A stretch of 64,000 bases of DNA from Phoronis australis (lineage: Eukaryota; Animalia; Phoronida). Position numbers and translations under genes: made by a program. The notes below the pieces were generated by a model. That model searched no databases. It was not told the DNA's origin and worked only from the letters and a program-made list of their open reading frames with translations. The stretch covers positions 401,848 through 465,847 of the forward strand of contig NMRA01000302.1 of the NCBI GenBank assembly GCA_002633005.1. Reading direction: 5' to 3'. Shown piece after piece: positions 36,833 to 49,800 of this stretch (positions are counted from its first letter, which is position 1; the number at the start of each line of letters is the position of its first letter).

Positions 36833-39800
36833 CCATGGCCGCATTTATAGCGCAGAATAAGTCAACCTGTTACATCTGGTGAAGTCAAACTTATTTTGTA
36901 GTCCATGGGCTTGTCTTCAACCCTTATACTGAAGAGGTCTCGTGAATAATAAAATAACAATACAGGTGAAAGTCGAACGTGTCCTCTCGTGAGTTTTCAA
37001 ACGAGAACACACGTGTGAAGCTAAGTTTGACGATAAAAGCCACACTACAAGGCCAATAAATAGCGCGCCATTATCATCCCGCCAGGATTTGATGCAGGTT
37101 ATATTTCCCGTGTTCTCTTTGACAGCTGTTATTAGATAAGCGTGTGACGTTCCCAAAAATACCACAAAGAACGCCACGTTGTCATAATTTTAGAACTAAT
37201 TAACTGAAGATATTTGTCATCTATTGGTTTTCCAAGGCAAATTTTTACCGAACATGAAATGTTGACTATAAGCATTTCCTAAAATAGATTTCTTGACAAA
37301 CACTGTTACACGATTCCTTTCTTTCCTAGTTTTAAAGACAAAATCGTAAGCATGAGCACTACGCTGACAGGTTTAAATTTCTGGAATTTAACGAGTGTCT
37401 ACAAAGTTTTTCCATAAGCGAATGGATACATTAATAAAAAACGAATGAAAAAGTTGTACAGAATTATTAGTACAACGTGTCAGGATGATTTGTAATCAAA
37501 CGCCTTTATCTAATCTGCAAACAGGTCCTCTTTCTTTGCCCAATCAAAAGGCTGAGACCAGCAAGGTGTCCCATTCAACGCCCTGTGTGGCACCAAATTC
37601 ACCTGTTCATCAATGAATCATCTTCGACTATCTTATCACAGGCACTCTAAATTGGGAATTTATACATGCTGGACTGACTGCCCGTGTCCTGATATCCGAC
37701 TAGACTTCTGCAACAGATGCTCTCGTCCACTATAGTACTTATTCTGGATCAACTAATAAATGTCGAACGTTCAAAAATCGAAATGTCTCTGCGTGCTCTA
37801 AATACACTTTGCAGTGGGTCATGGTAAAAGGCCCGCGACAACGATGACCCATGACCCGTAATCAGCGGAACATGCACGTGCCTTGCTTACTGTGATGTCA
37901 CTGTTTTGACCTGAAGTCTCCGTTTGGATGAAAGATATCCAGTGTAATATAAAAACACAATTAAGGGACTACCGCTAAATGTTACTCCAAAATGTCAAAA
38001 GATTTGACACTGGAGTTAAACAACATTTAGTAAACCTGAAAAAGAACTGTAAAAAAATTAAACAGGTGCCACAAATTTTGTTTTTGATAGTTTTCTTCAA
38101 ATAGGCCATTCAAAAGAGTTTTGTTTGACACAGGTGAAAATCTTGAACTTCCTACATTTGTCGTAGCCTACGTCAATGTTTTTAAGCAAGGTTCGTTAGT
38201 TCATTCTAAGAAAAACAAAACAATTTTCTGGGTGAGATGCACGAGAAGGTAACGAGGAAAAATACATTGTGTTGTACATTCCACCTCTTTTCAGAAGGGA
38301 ATTCATCATTTTGCTGTCCTGGCGAAGTCGTTTACAATATTCTCCAACTTCACCAAGTTATCAAACAAAGCGCAGTATCGCCGGGAAGATTACACTTATT
38401 CAGCATCGTCATGTTGGTTTCCATGGTGACCCTAAGTCGAAATTTGACCTCATAGTAGAAAGACTGTGACATTTACTTGACATTAATATATCGACCAGTA
38501 ATCAATTTTGGTAAACGGTTTTAAGCCGACATAATGTGCAGATGTTCTTGGCTTGCATTCTGCACGGTGGTTATAAAACACTGAATAAGTTGCAAGTTCA
38601 TAGAAACCCAATCCTAAATTTGATAGGTACACCAATATTGTGTGAAATGAACTGGAATCTGAAAAAGAACTTTGTAGTAGTAAGTTTTATCAATCACACT
38701 AAGTCAAGAATAAATTTGACTGGCACAGCTTTAAATTGTCTCTCGTCTGCTTTCTTTATCACCAAAAGCGGAAAGATAACAAAAAGAGCGGGAAAACGGT
38801 AACACAACGACAACTGTTTTTGGGACCTGTTTCTCGGAAAATGACAGTCGGCTTCAGTCAGAAATTGGGTCTTGCGGTCCAAATAACAATTTTCTAAACA
38901 CAATTTACTTTCAATCCTGTAAAGTGCAAAGTCTCTAAGAATTAAAGTACTCATATTTGCTCGCCACGTAAACAGGTTGTATACCTTATTGCAAACTGTA
39001 ATGTGGTATTAATTACGTTAGAACAATTTTTGTTCAGCAATAGCGAAGTCAAAGCGTGCGACAACGCTTTAAGTCACTTTCGTGTGAAAAGGGGCCCAAG
39101 ACATTCGACTTTTTCTGCTGACTTTTAAGTTAGCAGAAGAAGGTAAAACGTTGTTTTCTATAGTAAAATATTAAAGAGGAGATTTTGGCTTAACCGCAGC
39201 TGTGATAGAAAAAAATCATACCTGTGCTTAAAAAGACGCTTGGCACGCCACGTCAGCATTATTACGAAAATGCCGGCACACCGGGATATTCGCGGTCTTA
39301 ATATAAGAAACTGTTTCTGCGCAAAATTACTGTTCAAATAGACGGTGCCGCGATCCAGTGTCATGCAAGCTGGGCCAAGATAAGGTAATATCGCAGAGCA
39401 TACATGGTTTTATAACTACACACACAAGAAATAACTGTTAAGTAGATAAATAGATAAAACACTAACACGAGATAAGGGAGCGCGTAAACACTGTGCAAAA
39501 TAACAGTCAAGTTTATCGTGTTTTCCTGATTGCTTTAAGCTCTCGTCTTAGTGCTCGATCTTTTCAAACCTACAGTACGTGAACATTAATCACATGCCAT
39601 GGGTTTAACTCTAATAATCAACCGAACTATTTCAGCAGGGCTATGACTGAAGCTCTCATACGAAGTCCTCACAGAGATATCAAACATGAAGGCTACACAT
39701 ACTTAGTCGTTCGGCACTCCTATTTAAGTTATACAGTACCCGGAGTTGACAAGACTGGGATGTGAAAAATTAGCTGATTTCATGCCCTGATGTTGTTGAC

Positions 39801-42800
39801 TGTCGTTAAACAGGCGAGATAATTCATATCTACCTTGTAAATATGACCATCATCAGAATTACGTAATCCCATATCAAACTTGACTTATTTTTTCCTTGCA
39901 GTGATAGAAATCCGTTTCTGCCATCTAGCACAGGCACTGAGAGAGCATCTTCTAAGTTGTTGCGGTCCATGTTTGGAAGGGTCACAAAGGGTCAGCCAAC
40001 GTTCTCTATTTTGTGACCCCTTGCTGGCGTCTAACAGGTGATCTATCGGGGGGAGAAACTCGTTGTCTTTCGTTGCATTGAAACGTTAGCGACATGCTTT
40101 GTAAATGCCATATATATATATAAAACGACAGTGAATTGTAGGAAATACCTTTTTGTATTTGAATGAACAGCAGCACTGATCACTTACTGGGTGGGCACAG
40201 TGTCAAATGTCTCGCCTCATTTCTGAGGAACGCAGTGCAAATTTCTCTACACCACAAGAGCCTGATGATACGCTTATGTCTCGAGCCACTTAATGAGCCA
40301 AACCACGTCTGCGCAGTTCTGCACAAACGACTGTACGACTTCGAGCCAATATAACAGATAATACATTTGCGTTTTCATCAAAAAGCCAAACCAATTAGAA
40401 GCCAATGTCGTGTTTATTCTGTTACTGGTTCTTACGCCAAACCGTGAAACTTTAATGAATATTTCAACAATGCATGTCTCACGAGCCAATCATTACCCTT
40501 CCATGGTCCGCGGATTTTTTTCGCCTACGCAAAATTTTACTCCAAAAAATAAAAAACTCCTAGCTGCCAGTTTTGAAACACTATCAATGCTTTCCAGTGA
40601 TCCAATTGTTCATAAAATGTTAATTCCACTTTACTATCTACTAGGATGAAATCTCTTAAAGGCTGAATAAACACTCATGCATGACAAGTCAATACTCCTA
40701 TTCTGATATCACCGCCTGACCCATAAGCATCCACTGATTCTTAACCCGATTATTGGCTAAATTCCACAAAATTTTGTCATTTCGGTACCAATCGAAGAAT
40801 TAGAATACGAACACTGAATCCCTAAGTATATAATTTTTGAAAGGAAAAACATACTCTCCGTCAAAAAACATCATTTGAATTCTGCGGTCACTTATCGTTA
40901 CAAAATTGATCTCATTTTGTTCATTACAGAGATTAGAAGTGGTTTCTACGCTTGAGAAGAACTGAGAGGTCATGATTGCTTCAGACCAGTCCATGTATGT
41001 CACGGCGGGTTAGTTTTAGCCACTAAGACAGTATGACTGTTATAACCCTTTCTGTTCAAGCAAAGAATAAGAACAATTTGGTGTTACTTGGTCTGTGAAA
41101 AGAGTTGATATCTTTACACCAGGACCTGGACCAGAACATAGGTTATAGCCATTCGCGCACCCCGCCCAAAAATGGGGCTCGAATTTTTTAGAATGCACCT
41201 TTTAATAGGATTCACGGTGTACGTTCAGAGCTATGAATTGTGCATTCGCCGAATTTTGATAGTTCCTGCCTTTTTACTGGACCTTTGCCTCGTTTTCTAC
41301 TTGTTTTCGGAGTTTTTGTTTCTCTGAGGCGGATCTTTTTGGCCACCTCGCCAAATGGGGGGCTCGTGTTCCCATGCGGTCAAAGAAGTCGGTCTGGTTG
41401 CTGCTTGAAATTGACAACGGTTTGTTCACATCAAAAGTCAAAGGTCACATTTTTCATATCAGGGAAATGTGTTACATCTACGTCTTGGGATACCAAATAT
41501 GGAGATATGTTTTGTCTTGTGGGAGAAAAATCGAAAAAGTGAGAGAAGTTGACAGATGTTTTTTGGAAATTTGAAACTAAAGGAAAACGCTTTGATATAA
41601 ACAGAAATTCAAAATTTTTATGCACAAACCATAAGAATAACAGGTGAACAATTTGACCTCCCTTTCAGTGGCAGAGTACTATTCTGAATAATGTAAGTCT
41701 GTTTATTACAGTCCAACAGAAGTAGATGTCATGACACGAACACCAATTTTGTAGCTATATTTTTGTCTTTGTCTTTGTATATATTGTATCTCATTTTATT
41801 TTGAATCACTGATTTCGTCACTGAATTTAATTAGTTTTTTGTCTATAACACGACTTGTATGCAGTTGTGGATTTTATTTCCTTGAAGAATAGACGTGAAA
41901 AGTGACAGAAAGATGTAGCTGTCAGTAGTTGACACATTACACAAACATTACTGGTCAATAAATAAGTATAGTATACACAGGTCACCAGTAAAACATTCAG
42001 TGATAGTTACCTGTCCATATCAAAGATTCAACAATATTTGTTTAACCTTAGAGGTAAACTGTTGAGGTCACTAAATTACAAATGTGAATTTTTTAAGTTT
42101 TTGGAGATATTCCACAACCCTAATTAAGTTGAATGTGCTCTCCTTGGTGCAATTATACTCTTCTGACCAATAATAGGATATAACATGCCTACCCAAAACC
42201 TTTTGAGAACCAGCTTGATGTCTGCTATTCAGTGGAGAAAAATACAAAATGCAGGCATGTTACATCCGAATATTACTCTTTTCTGAATAATCAGATGAAC
42301 TGTTATACTCCCAAGGCTTGTAATATAGAATTTCAGAAACAGATGTAATGCAGCACCACCTGGACTGTTCAAAAGAATAAAAAAACACTGATTCAATGTT
42401 ATATGCAATTAAGTATTATAAAATACAAACAGCTCAGGTCACATAAATCTTGTCAAAACAAGCAACTTTGATTACCAGTAAATGCAACATCTGGGATGGA
42501 GTCCTACACGCATTTAAGTATCTGTTCATTTTTCTACATTTGCTCATTGGATGGTCTAATTGATGTTTTCTCAAAAAAGGGAAAAAAATCATTTGACTTA
42601 ATGTGACAGTCAGTCAGTTGTGAAATGAGGATAAATAGTGAGGATACCATGGTTGCCTATCTACAACATTTCTCACATTTGGTGAATAAAAGATAAATCA
42701 AGTCTCCTCTCCAAACACTGAATAAAGGCATGTACAGCAGTACTTGTTTACCAAATATTTTGAAATTACATTGAGTGTGTCTGTCAGTGACACAACATAC

Positions 42801-42802
42801 AT

Positions 42803-43513
42803 TCAAAGAATTTTTCCAAATGAACACTTCGTAAAGTCCAAATGTCTGCCAGCCACAGAAGACACTTCCTTTGTAAGTAGGTCATGAAGAGCAATACCAT
42901 CATGCGAGTAGATCCATCGCCCAGTGTTGAGTGAAAAATCGTAGCGCTTTGGTCCACTGGTCGGTGACGACAACCAAATTTGTTTATTTGGTGTCTGTTT
43001 ATTAATCACGTAAGTCCCATTTGAACCTCCAAGTCTTACTGTTAAAACACCGCTGGCATATTCGACATCAAAATCTGAGCTGAAACAACCAGAGTCACCA
43101 ATGTCTTCAAAGAATTCTGTGAGAGATTCTAGCGTTTCATCAGTAGTTTGATGAAACTCCAAATCAGTAAGCGGTGACTGAGATCCACAACCATCTTCGA
43201 CTTCGTTACACGAACCAGTTCCAAGACATCGTATTAAAACATGTTCACCTAGTTTTAACCTTCTTGCAGAATAACACATGTGAAAGTTAGCGCAATGGTG
43301 CATTTTTCGGATTTGAATATTATGTAGAATGGAGCAAGAATTTGATGCAGCACAAAAGTGAGTGTCCGGTTTTAAATGTTCACGGCAGATTTGTGAGGCT
43401 ACTGCAATCTGTCTTGAGTTTGGCAAAGGTAAACGTGTCTTCAAGCTGTTTGGGAGATTCCTGTTGCCTGGTAGCAGAGTACTGGTCAAATATCGGAGCC
43501 TAACCGACGACAT
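42803..43513 (-). CDS. FXN: Frataxin, mitochondrial precursor, single coding exon (236 aa from the first ATG)
   Basis: Uninterrupted ORF with the frataxin/CyaY signature DVEYASGVLTVRLG...GTYVINKQTPNKQIWLSSPTSGPKRYD...WIYSHDG..LHDLLTKE and the acidic helix EFHQTTDETLESLTEFFED. The N-terminus is Arg/Ser/Leu-rich and acid-poor, like a mitochondrial transit peptide. The ORF track opens at a non-ATG codon (43546); the first ATG is at 43513. Confidence 0.95.
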   Translation of the reverse strand: MSSVRLRYLTSTLLPGNRNLPNSLKTRLPLPNSRQIAVASQICREHLKPDTHFCAASNSCSILHNIQIRKMHHCANFHMCYSARRLKLGEHVLIRCLGTGSCNEVEDGCGSQSPLTDLEFHQTTDETLESLTEFFEDIGDSGCFSSDFDVEYASGVLTVRLGGSNGTYVINKQTPNKQIWLSSPTSGPKRYDFSLNTGRWIYSHDGIALHDLLTKEVSSVAGRHLDFTKCSFGKIL

Positions 43514-43819
43514 TGTCAATGAACGTATTGAAAGTTCTATAAACAAGAAACACTTTTCCCTTTTGCGGTCAGCGGTCAGCTGCAGTCAACTTCCGTTCCA
43601 GAATAATAGTTAGCTTAGCTCAAAATATTTCAAATAATTTAGAATAATGCCATAAATAAATATAAATGAGAAATAAAATATAATGTGGAATTGCAATGGA
43701 ATTGAATCCGCTACAATTTTCTACTTTTTTGGGTTGAGCTAAAAAACTGAACCCCCAAAGGGAAATCGCGGAATAATTGATAGTTTTGTAATTTTTGCGC
43801 CACATCTGTAAACAGGACG
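43514..43819. promoter_or_regulatory. Putative compact bidirectional promoter plus 5' UTRs between frataxin and the thioredoxin-fold gene
   Basis: The two divergent ATGs are only 306 bp apart. An ETS-like ACTTCCG motif lies near 43589. Transcription starts are not visible. Confidence 0.6.
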
Positions 43820-46800
43820 ATGAGCGACGAGAGGCAACGCAGATTTATAACTTTAAATTTACTGTTAGTGTGCTTTATATGTGTGCTGAGTAGTTACAAA
43901 TGTGTGGGAAAATCTGGTAAAAAAATTTGTTACCTGTTATGATTCTTTATATTACGTAAATGTTTTCTAATCTGAATAATCACAGGCCAAATTATTCCCA
44001 CGATCGACACTTTACTGTCTATAATTTAACTAGACTCTAGACTAGGCAATTACATCGCCCTGGATGCCGCAGGCATACAGGGGCGATAGTACATCCCCAC
44101 AAAAAGTTACTCATTTCAATATACAGCAAATAAAATCAAATAAACCCTACATATAGGAACACGGAATTATAATTAACACATACCATGACTCTGGATACGA
44201 TTTAGTCAGCAAAACTTGAACAAATCGATGAAAATGTGCCGTGGTTTGCTCGAGTTTCTCTTAGCGGGTGCCATTTTGAGGAAGTTACGAGAAATCATGC
44301 GTGTTGACGAATAAAAAATCCTAGGGACATAAATCTTACAAAATTTCCCTGATACCTTCACATGCTATTTTGCAAGTGTCACGCATTAGCGTCACACACT
44401 TCGCTCAGTCTTGCGCTAGCCTTTGCCTAACTCACGTGACCCAGTTGACATATGTGTGGTTATCGTGATCGCGGTGAAAAAGTTAACGGCAACCAAAAAA
44501 ATGGGGTCGAAATTCTTCGCCAAAATCAACTTAATTCTCACAACTAAGCTTCATCGAAGATATGTGTAGAAGTAGAAAGTACCAATGAAGAAAGTAAGCG
44601 TTTTTTTAAGTGATAGTTTTAAGAGTGGAATGTATTTTTGACGAGGGGAAAGCTCAAAATCGGTGACCAGATTTGGGTTACCGCCCGTTTAAAATACATG
44701 TAACGAAATGCGTACAGAAAGCAAATGGAAGTATTGTAGCCCCTAAATGGTCAACCCAGGGGCTACGTGTTGCCTTGTTCGAGACCACACCGTAACGGTA
44801 TAAATTCTGTATAATTTCTTCTGCTAAACCTAAGCTCAAAGCAATGCAATAAAATATATTTCCTTGTGATTTCGAAAATGTTGTCACCTAAATCAGTAAA
44901 ATCAATCAAGAGGCTAAGAATTTTCAATTGATAAAATACAACTTGGTTCCTAACTTAGCTCACGAGAGTGTGTACCCAGGGCCAGGGGCCAGGATTGGTA
45001 AACTTTATCTCAAGCCTTTTTTTCTCAAGGGCTCCGAAAGCACGTCTCTTGATGTTGTGATTTCCTGACTAGTAGAATTTTAATCAGATTAAATGTAATT
45101 GTTTCCAGTGTTATATAACGTATGTTTCTGCTTCAAGTATAAAAAATTTTGGAAAAGGAAATTTTCTGATCGTCTTCTTCCTCTGATCACAACTAACAAC
45201 TTGTTATTAGGCACACAGTGTTCTCTGTTTGTGNGATGTATATTACATGCACATTTTCAAAAATTTTTGAAAAATGCTGTCCTCGCTACTATAATTTAAC
45301 TAGACTCTACTCTCTAGACTAGGCAATTACATCGCCCTGGATGCCGCAGGCATACAGGGGCGATAGTAAATTCCCACAAAAAGTTACTCATTTCAAAATA
45401 CAGCAATTAAAATCAAATAAACCCTACATATAGGAACACGGAATTATAATTAACACATACCATGACTCTGGATACGATTCAGTCAGCAAAACTTGAACAA
45501 GTCGATGAAAATTTGCCGTGGTTTGCTCGATTTTCTCTTAGCGGGTGCCATTTTGAGGAAGTTACGAGAAATCATGCATGTTGACGAATAAAAATTGCTA
45601 GGGACATAAATCTTACAAAATTTCCCTGATACCTTCACATGCTATTTTGCAAGTGTCACGCGTTAGCGTCACACACTTCGCTCAGTCTTGCGCTAGCCTT
45701 TGCCTAACTCACGTGACCCAGTTGACGTATGTGTGGTTATCGTGAGCGTGGTGAAAAAGTTAACGGCAACCAAAAAAATGGGGTTGAAATTCTTCGCCAA
45801 AATCAACTTAATTCTCACAACTAAGCTTCATCGAAGATATGTATAGAAGTAGAAAGTACCAATGAAGAAAGTAAGCGCTTTTTTAAGTGATAGTTTTAAG
45901 AGTGGAATGTATTTTTGATGAGGGGAAAGCTCAAAATCGGTGACAAGATTTGGGTTACCGCCCGTTTAAAATACATGTAACGAAATGCGTACAGAAAGCA
46001 AATGGAAGTATTGTAGCCCCTAAATGGTCAACCCAGGGGCTACGTGTTGCCTTGTTCGAGACACACCGTAACGGTATAAATTCTGTATAATTTCTTCTGC
46101 TAAACCTAAGCTCAAAGCAATGCAATAAAATATATTTCCTTGTGATTTCGAAAATGTTGTCACCTAAATCAGTAAAATCAATCAAGAGGCTAAGAATTTT
46201 CAATTGATAAAATACAACTTGGTTCCTAAATTAGCTCACGAGAGTGTGTACCCAGGGCCAGGGGCCAGGATTGGTAAACTTTATCTCAAGCCTTTTTTTC
46301 TCAAGGGCTCCGAAAGCACGTCTCTTGATGTTGTGATTTCCTGACTAGTAGAATTTTAATCAGATTAAATGTAATTGTTTCCAGTGTTATATAACGTATG
46401 TTTCTGCTTCAAGTATAAAAAATTTTGGAAAAGGAAATTTTCTGATCGTCTTCTTCCTCTGATCACAACTAACAACTTGTTATTAGGCACACAGTGTTCT
46501 CTGTTTGTGTCCATTTCTGGGTTTTGGGATATCATTTTAGTTGAGTGCCAATGATATGAGAGTCATATACACTTTTTTGTTCAGTCAGGAATTGAACCAG
46601 TGACCTGAACGAGAGTCTAGTGTCCACACCATTGGGAATTGCCCTTTGATAAGTGATTTAGAAAAGTCTTTGTAACCCGACACAATAGGAAGTCTTGTGA
46701 TACAACATAATGTATGTCATCGCTGGCTCTCACATATTTTGACAATGCGATCACTAATGCCATTTTTGGAATTGGTTCTTAGGTAGAAATATGCAAAAAA

Positions 46801-49800
46801 ACAGAAACCCAATAAAATTATCCTTACCTGTCTCTAAATTGTTTATGTAATTGTTGTTATTTCTTCCTTTAAATACAGTTATGTTTGTGTTGTCTGGTTA
46901 TGGTAAATACAATCCGACTATCATTGGCACGATAAACGTAGTTGTATACCAAGCCGTGTTCTAACAATGGTGTCTGCAACTTTGCTTACCTAAATCCTTT
47001 ACTTAATACCGTAGTAACAAAATACTTAAAAGAACAAGAAACTGTTGTTGTGTTAGAATATTTATTATCAGTTTAATTACGTATAGTGACAACCATTCTC
47101 CGATAATTAATTGACTTGTACATTTTATTTTGCCAGTCATAAAACTAACTTGTTCTGCTAACCTGTGGTACAGTTTTTGTTGACAGCATATTCTGACTGC
47201 TGAATTTCAGATGGCAGTAAACAAATGTCTCGAAGTTGGATCCAAAATTGCTGGTATAATTGCAGGCTCCATCTTGATTTGTGTTCATTTGTGCCGGCCG
47301 AACTATTGTGTCTGTAATCTCTTTAATCTTTCTTAAGTCGAGGTGCAATTTCTTTTTCAGGTTTCAGAAACAAACATAAACCATGTTTCAAAGAGTTGCC
47401 AGACTACGTAATGTTGCGACATTTGTCAGTGTCGAAGCAGTTACCGATTTGTGTTGTTTATAGACAGAAAGGTAAGTGCTAAATGTTGTTTCCCATATGC
47501 TTTCATTGGACCAATTTCCTCACAGTGGTGCGCAAAACTAAACGTTTTTGTGCAGTCTGTGAGTGCCTGCACCGTTCATAGGGCTGTCAAATATTCTCAC
47601 ATGACAATCTTTTGACTTATGTTTGAAGGTACCTGTCTGCTCCAGGTTTAATAATTGTAACTATCGTCACTACTTATTTTCATCTTATCACTTATTTATG
47701 TGTTTTTATTATTCATTACATTTATCTTTAACTTTGACTGTTATTTTGATTTTTGTATTGTAGTGTAATGTTTTCCCTGCTGTTTTTTGTGACGGCCTCC
47801 TGGAGAGCAGTGTTTTCATCGAAGAGGTTGTCCTACAAGAACTAACATAGTAGACAGACTGAACTAATATAGTTTACAGACAGAACTAATATAGTAGACA
47901 GACAGACCTAATATAGTACACAGACTGTTTAGAAATTGTTTTAGTTCAGCACCTACAACAGATTTAGTTTGAGATTTACCGATTGTTTTTTTATGAGATT
48001 CCAAGACAATGTGAGTGTTTGTACGTTAAGGTGGGAATTGTATAAGAGTTGCAACAACTCGGCATGTCTATCACTGAACTTGTTATAGCCTTGTTCTATG
48101 TACAATTTGGTTGACCTGAAACGTCATTGATTTTGTAGGAAAAGGATCAAAACTGGAAACAGAACTGTGTCATTTCTGGAAGACAAGAGACAAGCTGCAG
48201 AATTACTCATCTTGGCAAGTTGGAGCATTTGCTGCTGACATTGTATGTTGATGAAATGATTTCTTAAAACTGCATCATTAACCCATCTTTCATCCAAAAA
48301 TGACTTTGATTTAGTTCACTTACCTTGATGAAACTGAGAGGTCTTATTTTTTTCTTACTCAGATGAGAACTGAGTGTATTCGTTGCTCAAGACGAGGCTC
48401 AACAGGTTGGCTTGTCACGGCGATACTCAAGCAATAAGAATGTGATGGTTTTTACAAAATGAAATTTCACTTGTCGACCATGTTGCGTGCTATGAGTCTA
48501 TTGTTTGTAGCGAGAGATCGTCTAAATCAAAAATAATTTCTTTGATGGACAACATGCTCGTTGCAGCTATAAAAAGACAGAATGATGTGAATTTTTCCAT
48601 TCTTGCCAGTGTTTATGACTTTTGATGCAAGTTCATAGCAATTTGGAAATTTTGGTATTGTGTTAAAAAAAGAAGTTTGGGGGTTAAGGATGTTTTGGCA
48701 AATCTTTGTAGTTCAATTGATTTATGGATGTGACATCAATAGATGATTCATATCATGTATCATGTCACCGTGTTTGCCTCGTAGGAATTTAAGTGGGACT
48801 ATGTTGTTGATGGTAGCGGCTGCATTCTGTAGACATAAATGATAGACTTAGAAACCTGTGGAATGAACAGGGTGGGTACTGGGAATGTGTGACTGTGATG
48901 CTAAGCATGTTTCAAATGAACAACGTTGTTGACTGAGAAGTTGCGTGATACGTTAGTCAAAAAATTGCACCGTATTTCAGTTGACAATGTTGCTTGGCTG
49001 AAATGGGCTTTAGATTTTGTTTCACAGATTGTTGAAAATATTTTTTTTAATCTTCAGCCATCTAAACATTGATTTGAAATGTTTTCACCAATACACCAAA
49101 AAGTCCTGTTCAAACACATGTGTGGCAAATGACGTTGAAAACGTTTTTATGCGAAATCTGATTCATTGCCTCCAAACTGGTGTGTTCATTGTCCCCAAAC
49201 TGGTGTGTTCATTGTCCCAAAACTGGTGTGTTTATTGTCCCCAAACTGGTGTGTTCATTTTCCCCAAACTGGTGTGTTTATTGTCCCCAAACTGGTGTGT
49301 TCATTGTCCCCCAAACTGGTGTATTTATTGTCCCCAAACCAGTGTGTTTATTGTCCCCAAACTGGTGTGTTTATTGTCCCCAAACCGGTGGGTTTATTGT
49401 CCCCAAACTGGTGTGTTTATTGATATAGAATTGCTATTAGTAAGCCCATAACGTACTTTTGTAATTTTTTAAAGTTTAAAAAGACTGCGGTGCGATGGCT
49501 AAATTCCAACTGCCATGTGCTGGTCACAATAGCATTCCCATTGCACTAAGCACCTGGTTGAAACTCATGAGAAATAAGTTGTTGTAGTTTCCACCACTGA
49601 CTGCGGTCACAATTACTGACTGTCAAGTTTTAGAAGTTACGACTGAAAAGTCAAAGTTTGTCTCAATGTTGAGCATCACATATTTGAGATGACTGACTTG
49701 CTTGGACTCACCGACAATGTTTCTCATAACCTTAATGTTTTTAGCCTCAGGACAAACAGATCAACCTGCCAACAAAGTTACCTACTCTGCGATGTGACCT

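Noticed and set aside
35000-42700. Numerous 60-100 aa ORFs in the intergenic stretch
   Set aside because: No recognisable domains and no phase-consistent exon chain. They are consistent with chance ORFs and decayed repeats.
41700-43600. Iron-responsive element in the frataxin UTRs
   Set aside because: The minus-strand CAGTG loops I checked (near 42716, 42386 and 41808) lack the C-bulge plus 5-bp stem, and none is present in the 5' region.
44019-46509. 1.2-kb tandem duplication as a biological repeat
   Set aside because: Copy A ends exactly at an n and the divergence is allele-like, so it is most likely uncollapsed haplotypes.
48363-48405. Extra exon candidate (ATGAGAACTGAG...) in the thioredoxin-fold gene
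   Set aside because: It would break phase. Exons 48139-48242 and 49745-49873 already join in frame.
49017-49451. Cys-rich repetitive ORFs (PNWCVHCPQTG), or a CRISPR-like array
   Set aside because: These are translations of a 23-bp intronic minisatellite. The units are contiguous with no unique spacers, there are no cas genes, and the context is eukaryotic.
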